A DNA stretch of 64,000 bases from an uncultured Gammaproteobacteria bacterium (GCA_963748215.1 CAVVHS010000006.1:480001-544000); one strand, 5' to 3'; positions 28,066-44,659 are shown, counted from the first letter of the stretch. Notes: generated from the letters alone by a model not told the origin. Numbers and translations: made by a program.

Positions 28066-28848
28066 ATGTTGCGATTCTTATCGACATTCCTGCTGTTGCT
28101 GGCGTGCCTGCCGGTCCAGGCGGCCGTCATTGGCCAGGAAGTCTCCTACCAGGCCGGCGATACCGGGATGAAAGGCTATCTGGCCTGGGATGATGCCGTG
28201 CAGGGCAAGCGTCCGGGGGTGCTGGTCGTGCACGAGTGGTGGGGGCACAATGCCTACGCACGCCGGCGTGCCGAGATGCTTGCTGCCCTGGGTTATACCG
28301 CGCTGGCGGTCGACATGTACGGTGCGGGCAAGACCGCTGACCATCCCGAGGACGCCGGCAAGTTTTCCGGTGCCGTGCGCAAGGACCTGCCGCTGATGAA
28401 GGCACGCTTCGATGCGGCACGCCATTTTCTCGATGAACAGCCCACCGTGGACCCGAAAAAGAATGCCGCCATCGGCTACTGCTTCGGCGGCAGCGTCGTA
28501 CTGGAGATGGCGCGCCAGGGCGAGGATCTCGCCGGGGTGGTGAGTTTCCACGGCAGCCTCGGCGGGCTTGGCCCGGTCAGTGACAAGGTGAAGGCGAAGA
28601 TCCTGGTTGCCAATGGCGCCGATGATCCGTTCGTGACGGCGGAGCAGATCGAGCTCTTCAGGCAGGACATGGATGCCGCGGGCGCGGACTACGAGTTCAT
28701 CAACTATCCCGGTGCAAAGCACAGTTTCACCAACCCGGATGCAGACGGCATCGGAAAAGAATTCGGCTTGCCGCTGGCCTACAATGCCGACGCCGATGCG
28801 GCATCGTGGCAGGCGATGCGGGATTTCCTCAAGACTATCTTCAAATGA
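28066..28848 (+). CDS. dienelactone hydrolase family protein (exported)
   Basis: VHEWWG, GYCFGG, SFHG, GADDP, YPGAKHSFTNP. Confidence 0.93.
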   Translation: MLRFLSTFLLLLACLPVQAAVIGQEVSYQAGDTGMKGYLAWDDAVQGKRPGVLVVHEWWGHNAYARRRAEMLAALGYTALAVDMYGAGKTADHPEDAGKFSGAVRKDLPLMKARFDAARHFLDEQPTVDPKKNAAIGYCFGGSVVLEMARQGEDLAGVVSFHGSLGGLGPVSDKVKAKILVANGADDPFVTAEQIELFRQDMDAAGADYEFINYPGAKHSFTNPDADGIGKEFGLPLAYNADADAASWQAMRDFLKTIFK

Positions 28849-29138
28849 CAGTGCAGCGGATCAGGGGCGGTTATCGCGCCGGCCGGTTGCACGTACAACC
28901 TGCCCCGGGTTGTGCCGGCGATTTCAGTTCGAGACCCCCGTCTGGCCGGTTCACCCGCGAGACCCCCTCTCTGCATACAGGGCCGCTGCCCTGTCCTGCC
29001 TTCCCGGAGTGCATTTGCCCGGCGGGCGGTCATTACAGGCGATTTACAGCTGAAAATACCGTCTTGTGTTGAGGTTACATGCCGGTTACGACACTATTGA
29101 CGGTATGCGGCTGACAATACCGAGAGGAGCGAGACCCC

Positions 29139-29633
29139 ATGGATAAAGGCGTGACCAATATCGCTGTTTTGTTGCTGATACTTGTATGCTTCTGGATTTT
29201 CTTTCTCTGGAAGAACTCCCGCAAGCTGAACAGCGACATCAAGCAGGTCGCACAACAGCACAGTCTCATCCGGCATGACGACCCTGTGCGCAATCTGTGC
29301 AGGGCGATCCACCTGATCAATCCGAACGTCTCGGCCGGCGTCGATTTCGTTATCCGGCATGATCACCCGGACCGGGACCCGGTCATCGCCCAATGGAATG
29401 CCGATGCCCCGCGACCGACAGACGAGCAAATAAGGAACGCACTGAAAGAGGTCGCGAGTACCTACCACGAGCAGGAATACGCCGACATGCGCCGGGCCGA
29501 ATATCCGAGCATGGAGGAGCAGCTGGAGGCGGCCTACGAGGCACGCCAGGGTAACAACGCCAGGCAGCTCGAGGTCGACGAGAAGATCCGCCGCGTCAGG
29601 GAGAAATACCCCAAGTCGGACGAGTGTGGGTAG
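29139..29633 (+). CDS. membrane-anchored XkdW-like / phage tail-associated domain protein
   Basis: N-terminal TM; AIHLINP...DFVIRHD...IAQWNADAPRPT; C-terminal RRAEYPSMEEQL...VREKYPK. Confidence 0.6.
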   Translation: MDKGVTNIAVLLLILVCFWIFFLWKNSRKLNSDIKQVAQQHSLIRHDDPVRNLCRAIHLINPNVSAGVDFVIRHDHPDRDPVIAQWNADAPRPTDEQIRNALKEVASTYHEQEYADMRRAEYPSMEEQLEAAYEARQGNNARQLEVDEKIRRVREKYPKSDECG

Positions 29634-29702
29634 ACTGGCGCGTGGGCATGCGCTGGCCTTGTATGTCCTGCCAGCGCCGGTCCGGACATCAGTCGCACGA
29701 CG

Positions 29703-30296
29703 TCAGAGCAGCACCCAGCTGCCATCCTGCTGCCGGCAGGCACGGCCGTACACCTGCTCCAGTCGTCCACCGATCGAGGCGCGCGTGCTGTACTCACGGC
29801 AATAGCGGCCATCCGGGGCGCGGTAGGTGTTCTGCGGTGTAACCTGGTAATCGGCGCCGTTGTCCGGATTGCGCCAGCGGACCGGGGTCCGGTCCGGCGC
29901 GTGCTCCAGGGTCTGACCGATGCATTGCTGGTCGCTGGCATTCATGCTGCGGCCGATTGACCGGCCGACCAGGATGCCGATAACCGTACCGGCGATAGTT
30001 GCTGCGGTACGGCCCGATCCCTTGCCGACCTGATTGCCGGCAATACCACCGACCACGCCGCCCAGCAAGGCACCGAGCGTGTCGCGATCGCAACGTCCGC
30101 CAAGAATGAATCGATTCTCGTACTCACGACCGTGCCAGGGCAGGATTGGTGGGTAGTCATGCTGATCCCGGTGCTTGTTGCGGTAGCCGTGCGCGGGCGC
30201 CCACGGTGGCGGCTTGGCCAGCACTGGACTGGCGATAGTCAGTACCAGTGTTGCGGCCAGTGCTGATTTCACGATGCCTTGCAGTCTCTGATTCAT
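29703..30296 (-). CDS. glycine-zipper 17-kDa surface antigen (RT0821/Lpp0805-like)
   Basis: Signal peptide, PPPWAPAHGYR, GALLGGVVGG...GSG, WRNPDNG, CREY...GRACRQQDGSW. Confidence 0.88.
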   Translation of the reverse strand: MNQRLQGIVKSALAATLVLTIASPVLAKPPPWAPAHGYRNKHRDQHDYPPILPWHGREYENRFILGGRCDRDTLGALLGGVVGGIAGNQVGKGSGRTAATIAGTVIGILVGRSIGRSMNASDQQCIGQTLEHAPDRTPVRWRNPDNGADYQVTPQNTYRAPDGRYCREYSTRASIGGRLEQVYGRACRQQDGSWVLL

Positions 30297-30526
30297 GATT
30301 GCCCTGCTCCCGATAAAGCTGGTCTTGAATGGTCAATTGAAACACGGGGTGAATACTGTGCGCTGTCGCCGGTTTCATCCTGTCCTGGCGGCAGAATTGA
30401 CGCCAACCTGAGTCGCGTTGGTAGTACCCGGCCCGGAATCCGGCAGCTGTCATACAGCACGCTGACCGTACCGTCCGGCTGTGACGGGATGGCGGACGAG
30501 AGCGATCAGGGAACGTGCCCGTTGCG

Positions 30527-34215
<3,689 letters not shown>

Positions 34216-34474
34216 TGCTAACAGCAGGCTGGCTTTAAACGTGCAAGTCTAACATGGACGTTTTGGATAATTGCATTGATCCTTAACTGAAAACAGCTGT
34301 TATCGCGAACGACGGGAGCTACACCATCGCAGCGCCCCGTGATTCTCAAGACCACAAAATATCGGGGTTCTCCATGTTTTCATACCCCATATCTAGTAAT
34401 ATAATCGTTCAGCAGTAAAGTTGCTGAATTATTTCCTAAAATCAGGGGCAGGTGTTGATCGGTAACGTCACGAC

Positions 34475-35296
34475 ATGAAACGCACATGTGCCATGCTGGC
34501 TCTGGTATGTGCCCTGCTCGGGCCGGGAGAAGTGCGTGCCGCGTCGGACGACATGTTCGGCATGATGTTCCGCATGATGCTGACCATGATGAATGTCATG
34601 TCCGATGCCATGCTGGGTAATAACGTCGGCGTGGGAAACAACAACTGGTCTGACAATCTTGGCGGCGGGCTGAACTCGTTCAACGTCGGCATGAACGCCT
34701 TTCCGATGATGTCTGGCTTCGCTTCGCCGTTCGATACCTTTGGCATGTCACCCTGGTCCGGGATGTCGGGCATGTCACCCTGGTCCGGGATGTCGGGCAT
34801 GTCACCCTGGTCCGGGATGTCAGGCATGTCACCCTGGTCCGGGATGTCGCCCCGGTCGATGCCAGGGGGCAACAACGCCTGGCGCAACCCGTTTGGCAGT
34901 GGCTATCCGGGGATGTTTCCGGGTAGTAGCACGCGGCCGTTCGGTAACACCACCTATGGCTACCCGTCGAACCAGGGCGCCTACGCTCCGGGTACCTGGA
35001 ATCGCAGCGGCAGTCCCTACCAGGGCGCATCGATTCTCGACGGGCGCTGGTACGGCAGCAGCGGAGAAGTCCTCCAGATCCGCGGTAACCGCTTTCGCCT
35101 GCAGCAGGGCAAGGTCGGGATCAATGGCAACATCACAGTGCAGAACGACATTGTCAGCATGTACAGCCCGCAGACCAATTCCGTGACACGTTACACCTTC
35201 ATGCGCAACCAGTCGGGACTGGTGCTGCAGGACGCCTCCGGTACGTTGCTGCGCTTCACCAACAAGCCGGTCAACGGCATTGTGCATATATTCTGA
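34475..35296 (+). CDS. exported Met/Gly/Pro/Asn-rich low-complexity protein with C-terminal beta domain
   Basis: Signal peptide; (GMSPWSGMS)x4; C-terminal LDGRWYGSSGEVLQIRGNRF. Confidence 0.75.
   Translation: MKRTCAMLALVCALLGPGEVRAASDDMFGMMFRMMLTMMNVMSDAMLGNNVGVGNNNWSDNLGGGLNSFNVGMNAFPMMSGFASPFDTFGMSPWSGMSGMSPWSGMSGMSPWSGMSGMSPWSGMSPRSMPGGNNAWRNPFGSGYPGMFPGSSTRPFGNTTYGYPSNQGAYAPGTWNRSGSPYQGASILDGRWYGSSGEVLQIRGNRFRLQQGKVGINGNITVQNDIVSMYSPQTNSVTRYTFMRNQSGLVLQDASGTLLRFTNKPVNGIVHIF
34742..34849 (+). repeat. 27-bp coding tandem repeat x4
   Basis: GGCATGTCACCCTGGTCCGGGATGTC(G/A) four times. Confidence 0.95.
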
Positions 35297-35315
35297 TTTA
35301 CCAGGAAAAATAATT

Positions 35316-35672
35316 CGCCACAGAGGGCACAGAGTTTACAATTCCTCGAGAGAATTTTATCTATGTTTGCTCTGCTCTCAAGCCCTGCAACTGTGGGAAT
35401 GAATTAAGGAAGCTTTGATTAATCCGACATTCCGGGCGAACCCCGGACTTGATCCGGGGGGAGACCCGGAATCCAGGAGTTACAATTCAGGCCGTTACTG
35501 GATTCCGGCCTCGGAATTTGCTTCCTGCGTCGCTCTACCTCCTCGGTAACTGCTCCATGCGTTACTCTACCTCCTACATCCATGTAGTCGTGCATCCATG
35601 CAGTCGTCCGCCGGAATGACGATCATTGAATTAATCAGAGCTTCCTTGATTACCTCTGTGTGCTCTGTGGCG
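35316..35672. mobile_element. nested composite of small inverted-repeat elements (MITE/REP-like)
   Basis: Outer IR 35316-35334/35654-35672; inner IR 35406-35423/35630-35647; inner CCGGAATCCA/TGGATTCCGG pair; self-nested unit at 35543-35590. Confidence 0.75.
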
Positions 35673-35693
35673 TTTTGACCGGCCTGAAGTCGC

Positions 35694-35723
35694 GCAGGAT
35701 GCGGTGAGCCTGCGAACCGCATC
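35694..35723. repeat. REP-like hairpin
   Basis: GCAG-GATGCGGT-GAGCCTGCGA-ACCGCATC downstream of serS. Confidence 0.55.
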
Positions 35724-35781
35724 GTTCAATTTCAGATGATTTTCTCAGTGTTCTCTGTGGTGAAGCTGAACGGCTTGATGT

Positions 35782-37092
<1,311 letters not shown>

Positions 37093-37178
37093 TCAGGGGC
37101 AGGATTGTAATGCAGGAGCCGGCAGACTGGCGAATGCCCCCTCCCTTCGGCAGTCGCGACCGGCCTCGCGCGCGTGGT

Positions 37179-37484
37179 TTAGGCCTGCAGCGTGGCTGGC
37201 CAGCTGACGATGTGACCCGGCTCGAAATCCCTGCCGATGTGCGCCAGGATATTTCTGACCCGCTGCGGTTCGTCAAAGAATTCAACCACCAATGGCAGAT
37301 CCAGTGACATGTCCAGCAGGCTGGATGAATGCAGCTTGCCGGACCGGCCGAAGCCGCTGATGCCGCGGAACACGGTCACGCCTCTGACCTTTTCCTCATC
37401 GTGCAGGCGGTTGAGCAGGCCTGCCAGGCGGCCCTCGCCTTCGGTCAGGTAGACGCGGACAAAGATAACCTCGAGTTCGTTCAT
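37179..37484 (-). CDS. DUF190 (PII-like) protein
   Basis: GVTVFRGISGFG...LDMSLDLPLVVEFFD; overlaps the crcB stop. Confidence 0.9.
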   Translation of the reverse strand: MNELEVIFVRVYLTEGEGRLAGLLNRLHDEEKVRGVTVFRGISGFGRSGKLHSSSLLDMSLDLPLVVEFFDEPQRVRNILAHIGRDFEPGHIVSWPATLQA

Positions 37485-37855
37485 AACTGCCTCGCAGCGA
37501 ATACGCCGAGTCCGGCGGCGAAGATACACACAATCACGCTGACCAGGACATTGGCCAGCGCCCTGCTCATCTGCCCGGATTCCAGCAGGTTCAGTGTTTC
37601 GATGGAAAAGGTCGAGAAGGTGGTGAACGCACCGAGCACACCGATCAACAGGAAGGCGCGCAGAGCGGGACCTGCGGCCATGCGCTCGATGAGCCAGATA
37701 TACAAAAAGCCCATCAGCAGACTGCCGATCACGTTGACCGTCAGCGTGCCGAAAGGAAAAGCCGCGCCGAGCCGGCCGTGCACAGCCACCGAGGTCCAGT
37801 AGCGCAGCAGTGCGCCGATGGCACCGCCGGCGGCGATAGCAAGGAGCTGGTTCAT
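37481..37855 (-). CDS. crcB: fluoride efflux channel CrcB/FluC
   Basis: GGAIGALLRY, FPFGTLTVN, GAFTTFSTF. Confidence 0.96.
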   Translation of the reverse strand: MNQLLAIAAGGAIGALLRYWTSVAVHGRLGAAFPFGTLTVNVIGSLLMGFLYIWLIERMAAGPALRAFLLIGVLGAFTTFSTFSIETLNLLESGQMSRALANVLVSVIVCIFAAGLGVFAARQL

Positions 37856-38090
37856 TTCCGCGCGGATGTGCTCATGCGGCTATGTTACATCCGATAAACC
37901 CTGCAGGCACGTATGATTTTCCCCGCAGGCAGACCTGTCAGGCACGCTTGAGGATGATCACGGATGCAGTCAGCTTACAAGCAACACACGCAGAAAATAT
38001 TCTCTGTGTCCCCGTTGATCTCTGTGGCGATGCACATTGCGTCTTGGTATGAGATTTCTGAAAGATCGCGGGCGCGTTCTGCTCCCGCAA

Positions 38091-39410
38091 TCATTTTTTT
38101 GAATGTTTGCGGTCCAGCTCGCGCAAATGCGCCAGCTTCTCGGCAATCTTTATTTCCAGGCCGCGCGGCACCGGCCGGTAGTAGTGCGGTGTTCCCATGC
38201 CGTCCGGGAAATAGGTCTCGCCGGCCGCGTAGGCCTCGGGTTCATCGTGTGCGTAGCGGTACTCACGGCCGTAGCCGAGTTCTTTCATGAGCCGGGTCGG
38301 TGCATTGCGCAGGTGCACCGGCACTTCCAGCGAACCGGTCTTGCCGATCTCGCTGCGCGCCGCGTTATACGCCATATATGCGGCGTTGCTCTTGGCCGCG
38401 CAGGCCAGGTAGAGCACGGCCTGCGCCAGCGCCAGCTCGCCTTCCGGGCTGCCGAGGCGTTCCTGGACGTCCCAGGCATTCATGCAGAGTTGCAAGGCGC
38501 GCGGGTCGGCATTGCCGATGTCCTCCGAGGCCATGCGCACGATGCGCCGCGCGAGGTAGAGTGGATCGCAACCGCCATCCAGCATGCGCACCAGCCAGTA
38601 CAGCGCGGCATCGGGACTGGAGCCGCGCACCGATTTGTGCAGCGCGGAAATCTGGTCGTAGAAATCGTCGCCGCCCTTGTCGAAGCGCCGGGTGCCGCCG
38701 CTGATGACCTCGTTGAACACGGTCTCGGATATGACGGCCTTGCCGTCCGCCTCCTCGGCGAGATCGGCGGCTATTTCCAGCAGGTTCAGTGCGCGGCGCG
38801 CGTCGCCGTCCGCGGCCACGGCCAGCCGGTCGAGCCAGTCATCGGCAATGGCCAGCCGGCGAGCGCCCAGTCCGTAGTCGGGATCGGCCAGTGCGGCATC
38901 GATGATGGCACGCAGTGCCTCGGGCTCCAGCCGCTTCAGCACGTAGGTGCGCACGCGTGACAGCAGGGCGCTGTTCAGTTCGAATGACGGGTTTTCGGTG
39001 GTGGCACCGATGAAGATTAGCGTGCCGTCCTCCACATAGGGCAGGAAGGCGTCCTGCTGCGACTTGTTGAAGCGGTGCGCCTCGTCGACGAACAGGATGG
39101 TCGGACGCCCTTCCAGGTCGCGTACCTGCTGCGCGGTGGCGACCGCGGCACGGATTTCCCTGACCCCGGCCAGTACCGCCGACAGGGTGAGGAATTCCGC
39201 GTTGGTCTGTTCGGCCAGCAGCCGTGCCAGCGTGGTCTTGCCGGTGCCCGGCGGGCCCCACAGCACCATGGAATGCAGGTTGCCCTCCTCGATGGCGCGG
39301 CGCAGCGGCTTGCCTTCGCCGAGGATATGCGGTTGCCCGGTAAAGGCTGCCAGGGTGTGCGGACGCATGCGGTCGGCCAGCGGCCGGTAGGGTTCGGCGT
39401 GGCGCGTCAT
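38091..39410 (-). CDS. rarA: replication-associated recombination protein A
   Basis: PLADRMRP, GPPGTGKT, GATTENPSF, SALHKSVRGS, SEDIGNADP. Confidence 0.96.
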   Translation of the reverse strand: MTRHAEPYRPLADRMRPHTLAAFTGQPHILGEGKPLRRAIEEGNLHSMVLWGPPGTGKTTLARLLAEQTNAEFLTLSAVLAGVREIRAAVATAQQVRDLEGRPTILFVDEAHRFNKSQQDAFLPYVEDGTLIFIGATTENPSFELNSALLSRVRTYVLKRLEPEALRAIIDAALADPDYGLGARRLAIADDWLDRLAVAADGDARRALNLLEIAADLAEEADGKAVISETVFNEVISGGTRRFDKGGDDFYDQISALHKSVRGSSPDAALYWLVRMLDGGCDPLYLARRIVRMASEDIGNADPRALQLCMNAWDVQERLGSPEGELALAQAVLYLACAAKSNAAYMAYNAARSEIGKTGSLEVPVHLRNAPTRLMKELGYGREYRYAHDEPEAYAAGETYFPDGMGTPHYYRPVPRGLEIKIAEKLAHLRELDRKHSKK

Positions 39411-39421
39411 GAAGTCACGCG

Positions 39422-40039
39422 TCAGTCAGCGTCTCCGATGACATCGGCCCCTGGCGGCGGCACGAAGCGGAAGATGTCCTGCCCGACAGGTGAATTGCGT
39501 ACTACGTTGGAAAAGCTGAAGGTCGTGGTGTTGCCGAAGGTGTCATGCGCCTCGATACGGGTCAGCAGCCCGTCGGCAAAGGCGAGCGTAAGCGAGGTGA
39601 TATTGCTGTCATCGGTGCGCGGGGTCAGCTGCACCTCGTTGGCCGCCAGTTCCTCGAAGGTGAATACCTGTTCCAGCGGTTTCGTGCCACTCAGCAGCAT
39701 CGCCGGGGTTGCGGTCAATACCTCGCTGGCGGACTGCACGGTGACCTGTTCCAGGTCTTCGTCGTAGGACCACACCCGCGTGCCGTCGGCGACCAGTTGC
39801 TGCTTGTAGGGCGTCAGGTAATCCCAGCGAAAGCGTCCGGGGCGCATGATCCACATGTGTCCCTGCGATGATTGCACGGATTGCCGGTTGGCATCGACGA
39901 CCTGCTGGTCAAAGTCCGCCTGCAGTGTGGCCAGGTCGTTGAAGAAACGATCGACGTAGGCCGGTGCGGGGCCGGACAGAACGGGGGTTGCAACGATAAA
40001 CAGGCCGGCGCACAGGGCCCTGAGCAGGTGGATGAACAT
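39422..40039 (-). CDS. lolA: outer-membrane lipoprotein chaperone LolA
   Basis: RPGRFRWDY, YDEDLEQVT, TPAMLL, FRFVPPPGADV. Confidence 0.94.
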   Translation of the reverse strand: MFIHLLRALCAGLFIVATPVLSGPAPAYVDRFFNDLATLQADFDQQVVDANRQSVQSSQGHMWIMRPGRFRWDYLTPYKQQLVADGTRVWSYDEDLEQVTVQSASEVLTATPAMLLSGTKPLEQVFTFEELAANEVQLTPRTDDSNITSLTLAFADGLLTRIEAHDTFGNTTTFSFSNVVRNSPVGQDIFRFVPPPGADVIGDAD

Positions 40040-40042
40040 AAC

Positions 40043-42352
40043 TCACTCGGGTGCTGGCGGCGCCAGCACCTCGCGGCTGCCATTGGTTTCCATGGGGCCT
40101 ACGACACCGGTATCTTCCATATGTTCAATCATGCGCGCGGCACGGTTGTAGCCGATCTTGAGGCGGCGCTGCACGCCGGAAATGGACGCCTTGCGGGTCT
40201 GGGTCACGATCATCACCGCCTGGTCGTAGAGCGGGTCCGACTCGGTGTCGTCGCCGGTGCCGCCACCGTTGGCCGGCGACAGGCCGGGCACCGGCTCGCT
40301 GGACATCTCCAGGATCTCGCTCATGTAGTCCGGTTCCGAGCGGCCCTTGAGGTGCGCCGTGACCTTGTGCACCTCCTGGTCGGAGACAAAGGCGCCGTGC
40401 ACACGAACCGGTACGCTGGTGCCGGGTGCGACGTAGAGCATGTCACCGTGACCGAGCAACTGCTCCGCACCCATCTGGTCGAGAATGGTGCGCGAATCGA
40501 TCTTGGACGACACCTGGAAGGCGATGCGGGTCGGTATATTGGCCTTGATCAGGCCGGTAATGACATCCACCGAGGGCCGCTGCGTGGCGAGGATCAGGTG
40601 CACCCCGGCGGCACGCGCCTTCTGTGCGAGCCGGGCGATCAGCTCCTCGACCTTCTTGCCCACCACCATCATCATGTCGGCGAGCTCGTCGATGACGATC
40701 ACGATGTACGGCAGTACCTCCAGCGTCGGGTGTTCGGTGCCTTCCAGCGCCTCTTCCGGGTTGAACAGCGGGTCCTGAATCGGCTCGCCGGCCTCGATGG
40801 CCTCCCTCACCTTGCGGTTGTAACTGGCGATATTGCGTACACCCATTGCCGCCATCAGGCGGTAACGGCGCTCCATTTCCCCGACACACCAGCGCAGGGC
40901 GTTGGCGGCCTCGCTCATGTCGGTGACCACCGGCGTGAGCAGATGCGGAATGCCCTCGTACACGGAGAGTTCGAGCATCTTCGGATCGATCATGATCAGC
41001 CGTACGTCTTTCGGCAGTGTCTTGTACAGCAGGCTCAGGATCATGGCGTTGATGCCGACCGACTTGCCGGAACCGGTGGTACCGGCCACCAGCAGGTGCG
41101 GCATCTTGGCGAGATCGACCACCAGCGGCACGCCGCTGATGTCCTTGCCCAGCGCCAGCGTCAGCGGTGAGGACGACTGGTCGTACTCGCGCGTGTTGAG
41201 GATCTCGCCCAGGCTGATGATGGCGCGGTGCTCGTTGGGGATTTCCAGGCCGATCACGGATTTGCCCGGGATCACCTCGACCACCCGCACGCTGATCGCC
41301 GACAGCGCGCGTGCGATGTCCTTGGCGAGGTTGCTGATCTGGCTGACCTTGACGCCCGGACCGAGATCCAGCTCGAAGCGCGTGATGACCGGGCCGGGAT
41401 TGACCGCGACCACCTCGACCTCGATGTTGAAGTCGAGCAGCTTCATCTCCACCAGCCGCGACATGGCCTCCAGCGCGGCTTCCGAATAGCCGGCCTGTGA
41501 CTCGCGCGGATCGTCGAGCAGCGACAGCGGCGGCAGCTCGCTGTCGGCCGGCGGGTCGAACAGCGGCACCTGGCGTTCGCGTTCCTTGCGGTCGCTGGTG
41601 GCCGGTTTGGTGATGACCGGTTCGATGCGCACCGGCTTACGGTCGGCAAATTTTTTCTGCACGCTCTCGATGACTTCCTTGCGTTCGTTGCGCGCACGCC
41701 GTGCCGCCAGTTGCTCCGGAATCATCGCGCCGTAGTCATAGAGGTAATCCGCTGCGGTCAGCGTGTGCCTGCCGATAAAGTCCATCACCGACAACCAGGA
41801 AATGCCGGTGAACAGGGTGACGCCGGTGAGGAACAGCGCCAGCAGGAACAGCGTGGCACCGACGGGGCTGACCACGTCGACCAGCCCGCTGGCAATCACC
41901 TTGCCGAGCACACCGCCGGAACCGGCCGGCAGCGCGCCGTCGGCTCCGCCCGATTCCAGGGATGCGAGGCCGCAGCCGGCGCCGACCGTCAGGAGGAACC
42001 CGGCCCAGCGCACCGCCAGCACGTGCAGATCGATACCGCCGGTCGGGGTATGGCCGCGGTACACCAGCCAGCCGCTGTAGCCGATCATGACGGGGAACAG
42101 GTAGGCCATGAAGCCCAGCAGGTAGAGCAGAACGTCAGCGAGCCAGGCGCCGATCAGGCCGCCGGCATTGTTGATCTGCGCTACCGCGCCGCTGTTCGAC
42201 CAGCCGGGGTCGGCCGGGTGATAGCTCAGCAGCGATACCAGCAGGAATATGGCGAGCGCGCCGAGGATCAGCAATGCGCCCTCGCGCAGGCCGTGGGTCA
42301 CCTGGTGGGTGAGCCTGGTCGATGTTGTGGTTTTACGCCGTGCCTGGGCCAA
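40043..42352 (-). CDS. ftsK: DNA translocase FtsK
   Basis: N-terminal TMs; [13 protein letters not shown]; ATQRPSVDV; gamma domain [13 protein letters not shown]. Confidence 0.97.
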   Translation of the reverse strand: MAQARRKTTTSTRLTHQVTHGLREGALLILGALAIFLLVSLLSYHPADPGWSNSGAVAQINNAGGLIGAWLADVLLYLLGFMAYLFPVMIGYSGWLVYRGHTPTGGIDLHVLAVRWAGFLLTVGAGCGLASLESGGADGALPAGSGGVLGKVIASGLVDVVSPVGATLFLLALFLTGVTLFTGISWLSVMDFIGRHTLTAADYLYDYGAMIPEQLAARRARNERKEVIESVQKKFADRKPVRIEPVITKPATSDRKERERQVPLFDPPADSELPPLSLLDDPRESQAGYSEAALEAMSRLVEMKLLDFNIEVEVVAVNPGPVITRFELDLGPGVKVSQISNLAKDIARALSAISVRVVEVIPGKSVIGLEIPNEHRAIISLGEILNTREYDQSSSPLTLALGKDISGVPLVVDLAKMPHLLVAGTTGSGKSVGINAMILSLLYKTLPKDVRLIMIDPKMLELSVYEGIPHLLTPVVTDMSEAANALRWCVGEMERRYRLMAAMGVRNIASYNRKVREAIEAGEPIQDPLFNPEEALEGTEHPTLEVLPYIVIVIDELADMMMVVGKKVEELIARLAQKARAAGVHLILATQRPSVDVITGLIKANIPTRIAFQVSSKIDSRTILDQMGAEQLLGHGDMLYVAPGTSVPVRVHGAFVSDQEVHKVTAHLKGRSEPDYMSEILEMSSEPVPGLSPANGGGTGDDTESDPLYDQAVMIVTQTRKASISGVQRRLKIGYNRAARMIEHMEDTGVVGPMETNGSREVLAPPAPE

Positions 42353-42416
42353 AATAATCCTCTTTCACAGGTTGTCTCGCCAATCGCAGGATTCTATTTG
42401 TTTTTTTACCCATGAA

Positions 42417-43481
42417 TCAAGTGTTGTCGCACAAGGCCGGATGTATGACCTCGCCGGCCCGGACATTAATGCCCCGTCGCAGCTCGCTGATGTCTTCCCA
42501 ATTCGCCTGCGCCAGCTGCAGCACATAGGGCAGCAAGACGACGGAGATGGCATGACTGGAGCTGTGCGGCACCGCCCCGGGCATGTTGGTGACGCAGAAA
42601 TGCACCACACCCTCATCGACATAGGTCGGATCCGCATAATTCGTCGCCCGCGTGGTCTCGATACAGCCGCCCTGGTCTACCGAAATATCGACGATGACGC
42701 TGCCCGGTTCCATGCTGGCCACCATGTCGCGGCTGACGATATGCGGCGCACGGCTGCCGGTACGCAATACCGCCCCGATCAGCAGGTCGGCACCCGCCAC
42801 GTGCGTGCGCAGGCGTTCCGGATACGGGTACAGGCCGGTGACATTGTTGCCGAGCGCGCGCATCTCGGCAAGCCGCTCGCGCCGCAGGTCGAACACCGTG
42901 ACCTCGGCCCCGATGGCGGCGGCCATGGCCGCGGCATTGCCGCCGGCGTGGCCGGCGCCGATCACCACCACGCGGCCGCGCTCCACGCCCGGCAGTCCGC
43001 CCAGCAGCAGTCCCTTGCCACCCTGCGGCTGGTGCAGCAGGTGCGTGCCGACCTGGGTCGCGAGGCGGCCGGCGATATCGCTCATCGGCGCCAGCAGCGG
43101 CAGCTCACCACTATCCGTTTCCACGGTCTCGAAGGCAAGCGCGGTCAGGCCGATGTCCAGCAGCCTGCGGGTCAGTTCGGGGGCGGGCGCGAGATGCAGG
43201 AAACAGAACAGCAGGTGATCCTCGCGCAGGTAGGCCAGGTCGCCGTCGATAGGCTCCTTGACCTTGACCACCAGTTGCGCCGCGCCGTAGGTCTGCGCGG
43301 CATCACTGCAGAGCTTCACCCCGGCGGCATGGTACAAGTCGTCGCCGAAGCCCGACAGGCGGCCCGCACCCTGCTCGATGAAGACCTCGTGCCCCGCGTG
43401 AACCAGTGCGGCGCAGGCATCGGGGCTCAGCGCGACCCGGCCTTCCAGTGGCTTGATCTCTTTCGGTATGCCGATCTTCAC
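42417..43481 (-). CDS. ald: alanine dehydrogenase
   Basis: IGIPKEIK..EGRV, KVKEP, LAPMSDIAGR, DQGGCIET, NMPGAVP. Confidence 0.95.
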   Translation of the reverse strand: MKIGIPKEIKPLEGRVALSPDACAALVHAGHEVFIEQGAGRLSGFGDDLYHAAGVKLCSDAAQTYGAAQLVVKVKEPIDGDLAYLREDHLLFCFLHLAPAPELTRRLLDIGLTALAFETVETDSGELPLLAPMSDIAGRLATQVGTHLLHQPQGGKGLLLGGLPGVERGRVVVIGAGHAGGNAAAMAAAIGAEVTVFDLRRERLAEMRALGNNVTGLYPYPERLRTHVAGADLLIGAVLRTGSRAPHIVSRDMVASMEPGSVIVDISVDQGGCIETTRATNYADPTYVDEGVVHFCVTNMPGAVPHSSSHAISVVLLPYVLQLAQANWEDISELRRGINVRAGEVIHPALCDNT

Positions 43482-43586
43482 ACTTGCTTTACCCTGTTCA
43501 CCAAGTTACGTAACATTCATCAGGCTGTTTGTACTGCCCGGTTGCCGGCGCCTGCCGGAACCCATCGTACCCGAGCCTGTCGATAG

Positions 43587-44618
<1,032 letters not shown>

Positions 44619-44659
44619 CACGGACGCGGCTGCCGCTGCCATCCTGCACGGCTTAAGCG

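Noticed and set aside
34742-34849. Possible CRISPR, or a real opposite-strand ORF (34468..34887, DIPDQGDMP repeats)
   Set aside because: Spacer-less in-frame coding repeat; the + strand ORF has a signal peptide, so the minus ORF is a shadow.
37856-38090. Fluoride riboswitch upstream of crcB
   Set aside because: I could not find the GGCGATGG...TGATG consensus on the minus strand by eye; an Infernal search would settle it.
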